Assembly (NCBI GenBank): GCA_964498245.1
Contig: CAZCGK010000009.1
Span: 1,607-65,606 of the forward strand
Source of the DNA: an uncultured archaeon
GTDB taxonomy: Archaea > Aenigmatarchaeota > Aenigmatarchaeia > QMZP01
Length of the DNA stretch: 64,000 nucleotides
Direction: 5' to 3'
Shown piece after piece: positions 37,675-47,152 of this stretch (its first letter is position 1; every line of letters begins with the position of its first letter). The notes beneath the pieces are model-generated. The model did no database searches. It was not told the origin of the DNA and saw only the letters and a list, made by a program, of their open reading frames with translations. A program made the position numbers and the translations under genes.

Positions 37675-38448
37675 ATGCTCAGCATTTTTGACAGTTTTAT
37701 TCTCGGTGTGATTCAGGGATTGACAGAATGGTTTCCTATCTCAAGTTCTGGACACCTTGTTCTATACCAGCAGCTCTCAGGAATTGATGTGCCTGTGGCT
37801 TTTGATGTTATGCTTCACTTCGCAACACTTGTTGTGATCCTTTTCGTGTTCAGGAAGGATATTATCTCCATACTCAGGAGTGTTGCAAAAGGAGATTTCA
37901 AATCTCCGGAAGGAAAACTCGTTCTGTTCATTCTTGCTGGAACCATTCCCACAGCTTTAATGGGATTTTTCTTTTATGATTTTTTCACATCCCTTTTCAC
38001 GAATCTCCTTTCCGTTGGGATTTCCCTGATAGTCACAGGCATGGTTTTATTCACATCGAAATTCGTTCCTGCAAGAGGTGAGATAAATTACAGAAAATCC
38101 CTTCTGATAGGTACAGCCCAGGGAATATCCCTTATACCCGGAATGTCAAGGAGCGGTTTGACCATAGGAACAGGAATCCTTTCAGGCATATCCAGAGAAA
38201 CAGCCGTGAGGTATTCATTTCTCCTTTCCATACCCGCAATTCTCGGTGCAACCCTTTTTGAGTTCAACAACCTCACAGTATCGGGTGTGGATGCTGTATC
38301 TCTTGCTATAGGCATGCTTACAGCCATGATAGTCGGATATTTCTCTCTGAAAACCCTGATATCCCTTGTCCTGAAAGGTAGGTTTCATCTTTTTGCTTTC
38401 TACTGCTGGATTGTTGGTGTGATTATAATTCTGATCTCAATGGTGTGA
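37675..38448 (+). CDS. uppP: undecaprenyl-diphosphatase (UppP/BacA)
   Basis: Contains 'GLTEWFPISSSGHL' and 'PGMSRSG', the UppP signatures. Confidence 0.85.
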   Translation: MLSIFDSFILGVIQGLTEWFPISSSGHLVLYQQLSGIDVPVAFDVMLHFATLVVILFVFRKDIISILRSVAKGDFKSPEGKLVLFILAGTIPTALMGFFFYDFFTSLFTNLLSVGISLIVTGMVLFTSKFVPARGEINYRKSLLIGTAQGISLIPGMSRSGLTIGTGILSGISRETAVRYSFLLSIPAILGATLFEFNNLTVSGVDAVSLAIGMLTAMIVGYFSLKTLISLVLKGRFHLFAFYCWIVGVIIILISMV

Positions 38449-38451
38449 GCT

Positions 38452-38976
38452 ATGGCTGAAACCCCGAACAAGGAAGGAAAATCCCTTCCCGAACTTGTCC
38501 TGATCTGCGGCCTTCCGGGAACAGGCAAAACCACAGTAGCAAGGTTTCTTGCAAGAAAAATAAACGCGGAAATAATAAGAACCGATGCGGTTAGAAAGCA
38601 AATGTTCAGAAAACCTGTATATTCAGAAGAAGAGAAATCCAGAGTCTACAACCGGGTTCTTGAAATTACCGAGAGCCTGCTCAAAAAAGGAAAAAACGTG
38701 ATAGTGGATGCAACTCTTTACAAAAAATCTTTAAGAAAGCCTTTTTACGAACTTTCTGAAAAACTCGGAACAAAACTCAAGGTAATAGAATGTATCTGTC
38801 CTGAGAAAATCCTGAAAGAGAGGCTTCGTTCCAGAAGAAATGACCTGTCTGATGCGGATTTCCAGGTATACCTGAAGATAAAAAAGCAATGGGAAGAAAT
38901 AGAGAGGGAACATATCATAGTGAATACCTCGAAAAATCTGGAGAAGCAGCTGGCGGATGAAATTTCTAATCAGTAA
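38452..38976 (+). CDS. P-loop kinase (AAA_33/zeta-toxin-like fold)
   Basis: Contains Walker A 'ICGLPGTGKTTVA' and 'VIVDATLY'. 174 aa. Confidence 0.6.
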   Translation: MAETPNKEGKSLPELVLICGLPGTGKTTVARFLARKINAEIIRTDAVRKQMFRKPVYSEEEKSRVYNRVLEITESLLKKGKNVIVDATLYKKSLRKPFYELSEKLGTKLKVIECICPEKILKERLRSRRNDLSDADFQVYLKIKKQWEEIEREHIIVNTSKNLEKQLADEISNQ

Positions 38977-38981
38977 CCGGT

Positions 38982-40007
38982 TTAACATGAACTCTCCGCA
39001 ATTTTCGAACAATACTCAAAATACCTCCTTGCAAGGGATATTGCTTTTTCCCTCTCCTCTTCAGAAATCCCCTTCTCCATCAACCTGAAGGATGTGACCT
39101 TGCCTCTCACATACGCTCTGTAGCACTTGTAAAAGTCCAGAAGCTTCTCCAGGCCTGAATCCCCGCTTTTTTCCAGGTATTTTTTCACAAAATAATCCGA
39201 AAGGGTTTTCTTTCCCCTGAACTCCACATCCATTACAAGAAAAGCAATATCGCTTGCAACATCCGAGCATGCGAACCTTTCATTAAACTCTATTGCATCG
39301 AATATCCAGACCTTGCCATCCTCAAGGAAGATATTGCCTGAGTGCAGATCTCCGTGACACCAGAGTACTTTTCCTTCTTTAATCCTATCAAGGAAAAGCT
39401 TTCGGTTTCTCTCCAAAAATCCTTCCACATATTGCTTTACCATCCTGAAACTTTTTTCATCTATGGTTTTTCCTAAAAAGCCTCGGGTCTGCCTGAAATT
39501 TTCCTCCCAATTAAACCAGATCATTTCAGGAGAACCGAATCTTTCTATTCTCCTTCCTCTTTCGGTTTTTTCGTAAAATCGGAGAAGTATATCTGCTATT
39601 TTTTCCATATCCCTTTTGCAAACCTCACCTCTTTCAAGCTTCTCGCTCATCAAACACTCCTGAGGAATTTCCCTCATCTTCACAACATATTCCAGAACCT
39701 TTCCCTCTCCACCGAGCTTTATATTTCCAGCCTTCTCCGCAAGAGGAAGCACTCCAAGATATATCTCTGGAGAAAATCTTCTGTTTATCTCCACCTCTCT
39801 TTCACAGAAATATTTTCTCTTTTCCAGTGTTGTGAAATCCAGAAATCCGAAATTCACGGGTTTTTTTATTTTATAGGCGAATTTCCCTGTTAGAAACACC
39901 CAGGATATATGCGTCTGAACAATCCTTATATCCTCAACACTCTCATCATAGGTCTCAGGCCTTTTCATTGCTTTTAGGAGGAGGTTTTGGTTCATTTTGA
40001 AAGACAC
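38982..40007 (-). CDS. aminoglycoside-phosphotransferase-like (protein-kinase-like fold) phosphotransferase
   Basis: Catalytic loop 'HGDLHSGNIFL' followed by 'IFDAIEF' (DFG-equivalent), typical of the APH/choline-kinase family. Confidence 0.6.
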   Translation of the reverse strand: MSFKMNQNLLLKAMKRPETYDESVEDIRIVQTHISWVFLTGKFAYKIKKPVNFGFLDFTTLEKRKYFCEREVEINRRFSPEIYLGVLPLAEKAGNIKLGGEGKVLEYVVKMREIPQECLMSEKLERGEVCKRDMEKIADILLRFYEKTERGRRIERFGSPEMIWFNWEENFRQTRGFLGKTIDEKSFRMVKQYVEGFLERNRKLFLDRIKEGKVLWCHGDLHSGNIFLEDGKVWIFDAIEFNERFACSDVASDIAFLVMDVEFRGKKTLSDYFVKKYLEKSGDSGLEKLLDFYKCYRAYVRGKVTSFRLMEKGISEEEREKAISLARRYFEYCSKIAESSC

Positions 40008-40015
40008 GTTTAATT

Positions 40016-41044
40016 TTAATACAATAATTCGGTCAGCTCACCAAGTATTTCATCGTGTTTCCTTTTTGCCTTTTGCCTTTGTTCTTCAGGAATTTCGGGA
40101 TTTTCGTATATCTTTTGAAGCTCTTTAAGCACATGTGTTACAGGGTATCCTCCTCTATACAGCTCGATCTGTTCTTCGATATATTTGTTCAATGCACGAG
40201 GCACCGCATTCCGCATCTCCTCCCGCAATTCCTTAGGAATTCTTTTATCCTCTGAGAATTCCTTAAGATATTCCCATTCTCCCCTTTCAATGAGTTTTTT
40301 TCCTACATATACTCTTATTTCTTCGGACAGTTTATCGTTTGTTATCAAATATACAATCCAGCTTCCTTCGAACCTATTGAAACCTTTGTCAGCAGCGATT
40401 CTTCTCTTTTCTATCGGAATACTTTCATTCGCAACTACTTCGAACAAAAGCTCTCTTTTATTCTCATTAACACATTTTTCGATATACCTATCAACAGCCT
40501 CCGGGACTTTCTCGGATGCGTATTCTTTCATTCCTTCAGGAACCACCGGATTATCCCTTAAGTATATTAGAGACCTCCATTCTCCTTCCTCGGTGAGGCA
40601 CTCGATGGCTTTTCTGCTTCCATTTATAACCTCATTCAGTGCTTTTTCCCCTATTTTTCTGTTTTCAGAAGTTCTAGCTGTATTTATAAGATTCGTGTAC
40701 CGCTTCTCTTTACCCCAATTCTTAATAATCTCATCACACGTATTTTCTATATCTTTCTTTTTTCTCTTAGAAATATCAAGTTCATACAATCCCAGAAGGT
40801 CTTTTACATTCCCTTCTTTAACGTATTTCTTAATAGCACTGTCCACCGCGTCTGGAAACCTTTCTTCCGCTTTTTTCCTTACTTCTTCCGGTGTATGTGG
40901 ATATTTTCTCAGTTCTTCAAGACGCCAAATATCACCTTCTTTAACATAACTTTCAACAAGCCTAGACCCTGCATCCTTTCTTATTTTTTCCAAAGGATGA
41001 TACTCCATCAAAGCATAAAGATCTGTGTAACTTATCTTCTTCAT
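40016..41044 (-). CDS. hypothetical protein with three internal repeats of roughly 90 aa
   Basis: Repeats 'EGDIWRLEELRKYPHTPEEVRKKAEERFPDAVDSAIKKYVKEG', 'EGEWRSLIYLRDNPVVPEGMKEYASEKVPEAVDRYIEKCVNE' and 'RGEWEYLKEFSEDKRIPKELREEMRNAVPRALNKYIEEQIE'. It is 8 nt upstream of, and co-oriented with, the phosphotransferase gene. Confidence 0.45.
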   Translation of the reverse strand: MKKISYTDLYALMEYHPLEKIRKDAGSRLVESYVKEGDIWRLEELRKYPHTPEEVRKKAEERFPDAVDSAIKKYVKEGNVKDLLGLYELDISKRKKKDIENTCDEIIKNWGKEKRYTNLINTARTSENRKIGEKALNEVINGSRKAIECLTEEGEWRSLIYLRDNPVVPEGMKEYASEKVPEAVDRYIEKCVNENKRELLFEVVANESIPIEKRRIAADKGFNRFEGSWIVYLITNDKLSEEIRVYVGKKLIERGEWEYLKEFSEDKRIPKELREEMRNAVPRALNKYIEEQIELYRGGYPVTHVLKELQKIYENPEIPEEQRQKAKRKHDEILGELTELLY

Positions 41045-41098
41045 TTTAACTCCACCTACTAATAACTAGGATGTTAATTTTTAAAACCTTAACCGGCT

Positions 41099-41884
41099 TT
41101 AAAGTTCCTTTACCTTTTTCATGAATTCTTCTGCTTTTTTCTCCAGAATCTCAGCTGCTTTGGAAACTATATATTCGGGTTCAAGACCGGAAACACTTTC
41201 AACTCTGAATATGAATTTGTTCGGATTTCCTTTTATCCTCACTCCCTCACAAACCTCCTCGCATTTCCTGCAAAGGTCGCATTTCTCCGGATTTGCAAGA
41301 ACAAGCTTTCCATTTTTTATTTGCAAAACCCCTTTCGGACATTCAGAAGCGCATTTTTTGAGATCTCCAACCCTTTTGTAATCAACCTCAAGTTCAGGAT
41401 AATACTGATAGCTTGCTATTGCAGCCTGCCATTTTGCATGTTCAGCTCCTTTTCCCAATCGCGCAATAGCTTCAAACTTTATCTTCTGATTCTCCAGAAG
41501 CTCCACTATGGGAAAATCAGGACTTGTGGGCTTCACATCTTTGTTGGAAGATTTCATATCTCCTGAATAAACCATACACGGACCGGACTTTTCCACCACA
41601 AATACTACTTGACACAAAGCACAACCCTTACCTTCACAGGAACATTCATCAGGCAGATTTAGTTTAGCTGGATCGAACTTAAGCGGTATCAGACCCACCC
41701 TGTGTGCTATCATTTCATCAAAAAGAACGGAACTGTTTTCATGCACATCTATCCAGTCCACTGCAAGAGTCGGAACCTCGGAAATCATTATTCTTCTTAA
41801 AGCATTTGCAAATGCGGGTGTTGCACCTTCCAGCACGAATTTTACAACATCTGGTTTTTCCTTAGAGAGTATTTCCACTTTCAT
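41099..41884 (-). CDS. rpoD: DNA-directed RNA polymerase subunit D (Rpo3)
   Basis: 'ANALRRIMISEVPTLA' and the 4Fe-4S cluster motifs 'CSCEGKGCALC' / 'CDLCRKCEEVC' are present. Confidence 0.85.
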   Translation of the reverse strand: MKVEILSKEKPDVVKFVLEGATPAFANALRRIMISEVPTLAVDWIDVHENSSVLFDEMIAHRVGLIPLKFDPAKLNLPDECSCEGKGCALCQVVFVVEKSGPCMVYSGDMKSSNKDVKPTSPDFPIVELLENQKIKFEAIARLGKGAEHAKWQAAIASYQYYPELEVDYKRVGDLKKCASECPKGVLQIKNGKLVLANPEKCDLCRKCEEVCEGVRIKGNPNKFIFRVESVSGLEPEYIVSKAAEILEKKAEEFMKKVKEL

Positions 41885-41891
41885 GTTTCAC

Positions 41892-42296
41892 CTACCTCAA
41901 TCTTAACTTAGAGATATTAAGATGTCTTTTTACTATCTCTCTCAAAGCTTTTATATTTTCGCCCCCCTTGCCTATCACAACGGTTTTATATTTGGAGGGA
42001 ACAGTCACGGTGATCGAACTGTTGTTTATTTCTATATTTTTAACATGTGGTATTAAATTTCTTATCAGTTCTTCAGGGTTTTTACTGTATCCAAAAACCT
42101 TAACATTTTTGTTAAGTATCCTTTTTATCTCTTTTATATTCGAGCCGTTTCTGCCTATTGCAAGTCCCACAAGCTGTGGATCTACGAGAAAATATACACT
42201 GTTTTCCATTATAACACAATCCTTTGCTGGAATTTTTGTAATTCTCTCAAACAAAGCCAAGGTTCTTATACTTTCTGTTGTCAGTTTTATTACCAT
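41892..42296 (-). CDS. nusA: archaeal NusA-like KH-domain protein
   Basis: Two KH motifs ('GLAIGRNGSNIK', 'VIGKGGENIK'). Sits next to L30e as in the conserved archaeal arrangement. Start trimmed to avoid a 60-nt overlap with L30e. Confidence 0.75.
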   Translation of the reverse strand: MVIKLTTESIRTLALFERITKIPAKDCVIMENSVYFLVDPQLVGLAIGRNGSNIKEIKRILNKNVKVFGYSKNPEELIRNLIPHVKNIEINNSSITVTVPSKYKTVVIGKGGENIKALREIVKRHLNISKLRLR

Positions 42297-42313
42297 AGCA
42301 CCACTATATAACT

Positions 42314-42592
42314 TTATTTTGGATTTTCTTGTTTTATTATTCCAACCATGAGTATGCTGAAGGGTTTTCCACACAGCTCTCCAAGTTCTGCTGAATTTCC
42401 ATCAAATCTTTGCAGGGAAAATCCTGCTATATTTGAATAATATTTCAAATCTCTTTTTTTACTTTCTGGAAGATTGGAAGCGTAAATAACAGTATCTATT
42501 CTACCAAGCTTTACATCTTTTATCACAGATCTGCTTCCAATTATCAGTTTTCTTTCCTTTAGTGCCGTTCTTATTTTCTCCTTTACAGTCAT
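42314..42592 (-). CDS. rpl30e: ribosomal protein L30e
   Basis: 'LIIGSRSVIK...KYYSNIAG...LGELCGKPF' matches the L30e consensus. Confidence 0.75.
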   Translation of the reverse strand: MTVKEKIRTALKERKLIIGSRSVIKDVKLGRIDTVIYASNLPESKKRDLKYYSNIAGFSLQRFDGNSAELGELCGKPFSILMVGIIKQENPK

Positions 42593-42600
42593 ACTTCACC

Positions 42601-42987
42601 TCAATAAACATATCCGAGAAGCTTTCCTCCTGTGTTTTTCTTTATTGCCTCTCTCTGATCCATTATACCTTTCGAGGTTGTGAGTATGAGAATTCCTACT
42701 CCCTGTGCGGGAAGATACCTTTTCTCCCACTGTATTATTTCGTTTTTCTTTACAGAAAACCTAGGCTTTATAACATTACAATCATTTATTCTGCCTACTA
42801 GATGTACCCTGAACTTACCACCTCTACCATCATCTATAAATTCAAAATTACCTATATATCTGTGTCTCTGCATAACCTTGAGAACACCCTGAATGAGTTT
42901 GGATGCTGGAGTTTCGCAAACATGCTTTCCTATAGCTTCTGTGTTCTTTATGATACAGAACATATCAGCCAGAGGATCGTGTTTCAT
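42601..42987 (-). CDS. rps8: ribosomal protein S8
   Basis: 'DPLADMFCIIKNTE...GILILTTSKG' is typical of S8. Confidence 0.85.
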   Translation of the reverse strand: MKHDPLADMFCIIKNTEAIGKHVCETPASKLIQGVLKVMQRHRYIGNFEFIDDGRGGKFRVHLVGRINDCNVIKPRFSVKKNEIIQWEKRYLPAQGVGILILTTSKGIMDQREAIKKNTGGKLLGYVY

Positions 42988-42998
42988 ATATATCCCTC

Positions 42999-43229
42999 CT
43001 ATGAATATTTTTTAAATCCGAGTCTTTCAGCCTCTTCCCTGAAACACTGTCTGCAGTACATTAAACCATACTTCACTATCACACCCTCGGTCTTTCCACA
43101 TCTTCTACACGGATGCGTTGATTTTCCGAACTTTCTTTTTTTCGGTGCATTAAACTTCTCAAACCTTGCAAGTTTTACCGGTTTGTGCTCTATCTGTTTT
43201 CTAACTTTTTCGTAGGACATGTTAAACAA
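42999..43229 (-). CDS. rps14: ribosomal protein S14 (type Z, zinc-binding)
   Basis: '[27 protein letters not shown]' carries a Cys4 motif. Confidence 0.8.
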   Translation of the reverse strand: MFNMSYEKVRKQIEHKPVKLARFEKFNAPKKRKFGKSTHPCRRCGKTEGVIVKYGLMYCRQCFREEAERLGFKKYS

Positions 43230-43725
43230 CCTCCACTCCTAATTCTTGTTTTACCCATTCCATTGCTTCTTCAGGCTTTATCCTGTGGGATTTGCCTATT
43301 TTTCCGGGTCTGATCTTTCTTCTTTTTACCCGGTATCCCGGTCTTTCCAGGGTTACACATACATCAAATCCAAGAATACCTATCTCTGGATCATATTTAA
43401 TTCCAGGAATATCTATATATTCCTTCACACCAAAGGAAAAATTTCCATTAGCATCAAATTGCGATGCTTTAAGCCTATTATCAACAGCACCCAAAAGTTT
43501 TTTAAGTATTTCCATCGCCTCTTCACCTCTGAGCGTGACCTTTACACCTATGGGTCTTCCCCTTGCCATTCCAAATGTTGTTCTTTTATGTGTATGGGTG
43601 ATAACAACCTTTCTATTGGTTATCTTTTCCACCATCTTCTTTGCTCTTTCGAGTTTCGGCCCTGATTCTCCTGCTCCCACGTTGATTGTGACCTTCTCCA
43701 GCCTTATTTGTTTCATGTGATTCAT
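43222..43725 (-). CDS. rpl5: ribosomal protein L5
   Basis: '[23 protein letters not shown]' matches the L5 signature. Confidence 0.85.
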   Translation of the reverse strand: MNHMKQIRLEKVTINVGAGESGPKLERAKKMVEKITNRKVVITHTHKRTTFGMARGRPIGVKVTLRGEEAMEILKKLLGAVDNRLKASQFDANGNFSFGVKEYIDIPGIKYDPEIGILGFDVCVTLERPGYRVKRRKIRPGKIGKSHRIKPEEAMEWVKQELGVEVV

Positions 43726-44420
43726 TCTTTCTCACCCTTTGGAAACTCTCCTACAAACACGTATTCTTTAAGTGTTTGTGTTTCTTCACCATTCTTTGTT
43801 GCGAGGGTGACCATACTTTTTTCAAGCATGTTCTTTCTTTCTTTTATTTCCTTTATTTTTCCTCTCACACCTATATTCTTTCCGCCAATGATAACAGCAG
43901 AAGCACCTTTCTCCAGCTTGAAGTGTTTTATTATATTCTGATCAGGCAAACCTATGAGAAGCGAATCACCAACATTGTACATGTTTCTTTTGAGAAGTAT
44001 ATTTCTTCCATCATGCAGATTTATCTGAAACAGTCCGCCCTTAACTACAGTTTTTCCTATAATCTTGCATAACTTCATTCCACTCTCCTTTTCGGAAATC
44101 TCTCTCAAACCCATACCTTTCTCATTAACATCCATTCGGAAGAATTTCTTTGTTTCAGGAATCTCGATAACATCCATAAATCCTACAGGGAAATTAGGCT
44201 CTTTTCTAACCTTCTTGTCCACCAAAACTTTGCCTGCTGTTAGGATTTTTTTCGCTTCATACGAGTTTTCTGCATAGCCGAGTATATCCCTTATTATTAT
44301 CTTTAAAGGTACGGATTTATCCCACGGATGGGGACCGGGCATCGGTTTAACAACGAAAGTATGGGTTTTCCTCGGAACAGGCCACCACTTCGGCATTGCG
44401 TGCCTTTTTAAATGTGCCAT
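43722..44420 (-). CDS. rps4e: ribosomal protein S4e
   Basis: 'MAHLKRHAMPKWWPVPRKTHTFVVKP' is the S4e N-terminus. Confidence 0.85.
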   Translation of the reverse strand: MAHLKRHAMPKWWPVPRKTHTFVVKPMPGPHPWDKSVPLKIIIRDILGYAENSYEAKKILTAGKVLVDKKVRKEPNFPVGFMDVIEIPETKKFFRMDVNEKGMGLREISEKESGMKLCKIIGKTVVKGGLFQINLHDGRNILLKRNMYNVGDSLLIGLPDQNIIKHFKLEKGASAVIIGGKNIGVRGKIKEIKERKNMLEKSMVTLATKNGEETQTLKEYVFVGEFPKGEKE

Positions 44421-44422
44421 AT

Positions 44423-44842
44423 TTAACCACCAACCTCCTCAACTCCAGGAGTCTCCTTGCCGCCGGATCTCTCAAGCACGGCTACCCTCCTTTTATCATC
44501 AAGATTAAGCTTTGTAATCATCAGATTTGAAGGGTGAATAGGTCTGTGAACCTCAGATCCATCCACCTTCTTAACCTTTATTTCTTCAAGGTAAACCTTA
44601 CATCTCTTCAAATCAATCTTAGTAACAGTTCCTTTCATACCTTTAAATTGACCTTTCATTATTTTAACCTCATCACCCCTTCTCACAGGAATGGACCTCT
44701 TACCATATTTTTTCCTCAATTCTTTTGAAAGGTGTGCGGAAAGGAATTTTCGCTTTATATGAAGAGGAGCATTGTATCTGTATTTTCTCTGCTTTCTTGG
44801 CTGCACACTTGAAACCCATTTATTTGACCATTTTTGCTTCAT
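44423..44842 (-). CDS. rpl24: ribosomal protein L24
   Basis: KOW motif 'RRGDEVKIMKGQFKGMKGTV'. Confidence 0.8.
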   Translation of the reverse strand: MKQKWSNKWVSSVQPRKQRKYRYNAPLHIKRKFLSAHLSKELRKKYGKRSIPVRRGDEVKIMKGQFKGMKGTVTKIDLKRCKVYLEEIKVKKVDGSEVHRPIHPSNLMITKLNLDDKRRVAVLERSGGKETPGVEEVGG

Positions 44843-45241
44843 TTAAACCACCAAACTTGCAATCTTTCCTATTGTAGGAAATCTTTCTACAGCTTCCTTT
44901 GCAACAGGACCTTTTATCAAAGTCCCTACAGGTTCAAACTTATCATTAACCAGCACAGCAGCATTATCTTCAAAACTTATTCTTATGCCGTTGGGTCTCC
45001 TGTATTCTTTTTTCTGTCTTATAATCACTGCTCTGTGAACTTCATGCATGACCTTTTGGTCGCCCTTTACAGCCCTGCAACTTACCAAACTTCCGACTCC
45101 TGCTGCGGGTTTTGTTCTTCTCTTTCCCTTGTAGCCACGAACAGCTATTATCTGCAACTCTTTTGCTCCACTATTATCTGCACAAACCACCACAGCACCA
45201 ACAGGCAATGCCTTTGCTATTTTGCTTGATAGAGCTTTCAT
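44843..45241 (-). CDS. rpl14: ribosomal protein L14
   Basis: 'VVCADNSGAKELQIIAVRGYKG' is the L14 signature. Start trimmed to MKALSS. Confidence 0.85.
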   Translation of the reverse strand: MKALSSKIAKALPVGAVVVCADNSGAKELQIIAVRGYKGKRRTKPAAGVGSLVSCRAVKGDQKVMHEVHRAVIIRQKKEYRRPNGIRISFEDNAAVLVNDKFEPVGTLIKGPVAKEAVERFPTIGKIASLVV

Positions 45242-45251
45242 GTTTCCACCT

Positions 45252-45590
45252 TTATTTTGCAAACCCAACCATTACAAATCTCTTGGTTTTGGAAAGCGGT
45301 CTGCACTCAGCTATTACAACCTTATCTCCTTCCTTGACCTTCATGCACGGTGGTTTATGTGCTGCTACCCTGGATTTTCTCCTTTCATACCTCTCGTATT
45401 TTGGAACATAAAGATTGTAGCTCCACTCTACTATAACCGTATTGTGAGGTTTCGTGGACCTTACAACACCAGTAAATACCCTGCCTCTTACAGGAAGCTT
45501 ACCGTGCCAGGCACACTTTTCATCATTACACGTTCTTTTTGGTGGTTCAACATCTATTCCTATGGATTTCTTGCACTTGGTTTTATCCAT
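45252..45590 (-). CDS. rps17: ribosomal protein S17
   Basis: 'GKLPVRGRVFTGVVRSTKPHNTVIVEW' is the S17 OB fold. The ORF-track start at 45629 is TTG; the ATG at 45590 is preferred. Confidence 0.8.
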   Translation of the reverse strand: MDKTKCKKSIGIDVEPPKRTCNDEKCAWHGKLPVRGRVFTGVVRSTKPHNTVIVEWSYNLYVPKYERYERRKSRVAAHKPPCMKVKEGDKVVIAECRPLSKTKRFVMVGFAK

Positions 45591-45805
45591 GTTTCCCTCC
45601 CGTCCAGACAAGGCCGTGTTTACCTTCAAAGGGCTCTGAGGTTTCTAAAAACCAGAGCCTCTCTACCTTCTTCGTGCCGTAGCACAAAGGTAGGTAACTC
45701 GGCCTTTAAGTTTATTCAATAATATGCAGTATAAAGGTTTTATATATTTATAAATGTTACATGGTTTTGAGAAAAATTCAAAGATATCCAGCATTTTTTA
45801 GAATT

Positions 45806-46441
45806 CTATCCGCTCTTTTCTCCGTAGAAACCTTTCTCCCCTTCTGAGCATTTTCTATCAATTTCATTGTGGACCAGAACTATGCAGTGCGATGCAAGAT
45901 AAATTTCCGGACCCACAGAAATCCTTTCAGCACCGATGCTATCAAGAAACTTTTCTTCCTTTTGTGGAAGACCTCCATGATCTCCGAGAATAAACAATTC
46001 ATTTCCCAGAAATCTTGTATCCCTTATATCTTTTCCGTTCTGATGAAGGTAAACGAGTCTTCTTTTTTCGGCAAAATCTTTTATAAAATCCCGAAAACTT
46101 ATCCTTTCAGCATAAAATCCTTTAGAAACCCTTGTTCTGTTTTTGTTTGCAACAAGTCTAAGAGCTTCTCTTATTTTTCCAGCTATACTTCTCTCATCAT
46201 AGTAAAGTCCTTTAAGTTCAGAACCTAAGAAACTCAAAAGAACCGGCGGTCTGGGAGGCCCATTCAATGAAATATAAAGATTGCTGTCTTTTCTGAGGGA
46301 TGAAGAAAGGAAGAATGTGCTGGATACACATCTCACAATCACATCCATTCTTCCAGAACCAGAAAGGTTGTTTAATGAAAAGGGCTCTGTTACAGCCTCC
46401 TGAGCATAAAGCAAAAACTCTCTCATATGCGGATGTAACAC
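45806..46441 (-). CDS. SPOUT-class RNA methyltransferase, TrmY-like (DUF358, tRNA m1-pseudouridine54 methyltransferase family)
   Basis: 'GSGRMDVIVRCVSSTFFLS' and 'FILGDHGGL...RISVGPEIYLASHCIVLVHNEIDRK' match my recollection of the DUF358 fold and motifs. Confidence 0.5.
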   Translation of the reverse strand: MLHPHMREFLLYAQEAVTEPFSLNNLSGSGRMDVIVRCVSSTFFLSSSLRKDSNLYISLNGPPRPPVLLSFLGSELKGLYYDERSIAGKIREALRLVANKNRTRVSKGFYAERISFRDFIKDFAEKRRLVYLHQNGKDIRDTRFLGNELFILGDHGGLPQKEEKFLDSIGAERISVGPEIYLASHCIVLVHNEIDRKCSEGEKGFYGEKSG

Positions 46442-46501
46442 TTTTTGGCTTAAATATTTTCTAACAAATTTTATTTAAAGTTTAACAGCCAGAAAATAAA
46501 T

Positions 46502-47152
46502 ATGGGTGTCAGAAAAATAGGCAATATAATCCTCATTCAGCTTTCTGATATAGATTCTAATATATATGTTCTCGGAGACACGGTTATCGATACGGGGACG
46601 GGTTTCAATTTTACCAGAATGTATTCCCTAATGAAAGCTCTTAAGCTTGATCCAAAGAATATAAAGCATGTTGTAAACACCCACGGTCATTTCGATCACA
46701 TCGGAGGAAACGGATATTTTTTAAATGCTGATGTGTCCATTCATGAAAAGGATGCTGATATCATAGAGAAAGCAGATATAAAGAGAAGTTATGCGGATTT
46801 CTTTAACGGTCAGCTGAGACCGAGAAAGGTGGACAGAAAGCTTAAAGAAGGGGATATAATAGATGCTGAAGAACTCGAGCTTGAAGTAATTCATACACCA
46901 GGACATACCGAAGGATCGATATGCCTTTATGACAGGGCAAAGGGAATTCTCTTCACCGGAGACACGATATTTGCTGATGGCATCGGCAGGACGGATATGC
47001 CGGGAGGAAATCCTGCAGATATGGAAAAATCCCTTCAGAAAATACTCAATCTCGAAAAGATAACAACAATCCTTCCCGGACACGGGGAACCGGTTCTCAC
47101 CAATGCAAGAAAGGTTCTCGAAGAGATAATACTTGGAACAGAGCAGACCTAA
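46502..47152 (+). CDS. MBL-fold metallo-hydrolase
   Basis: Contains 'HTHGHFDHIGG' (HxHxDH), plus 'TPGHTEGS' and 'DTIF'. Confidence 0.8.
   Translation: MGVRKIGNIILIQLSDIDSNIYVLGDTVIDTGTGFNFTRMYSLMKALKLDPKNIKHVVNTHGHFDHIGGNGYFLNADVSIHEKDADIIEKADIKRSYADFFNGQLRPRKVDRKLKEGDIIDAEELELEVIHTPGHTEGSICLYDRAKGILFTGDTIFADGIGRTDMPGGNPADMEKSLQKILNLEKITTILPGHGEPVLTNARKVLEEIILGTEQT

Noticed and set aside
45630-45720. C/D-box or H/ACA sRNA in the GC-rich leader.
   Set aside because: No RUGAUGA/CUGA box pair or ACA box with appropriate spacing was found. It is interpreted instead as an mRNA leader structure.
45222-45722. 166-aa plus-strand ORF spanning the L14/S17 region.
   Set aside because: It is antisense to two well-supported ribosomal protein genes.
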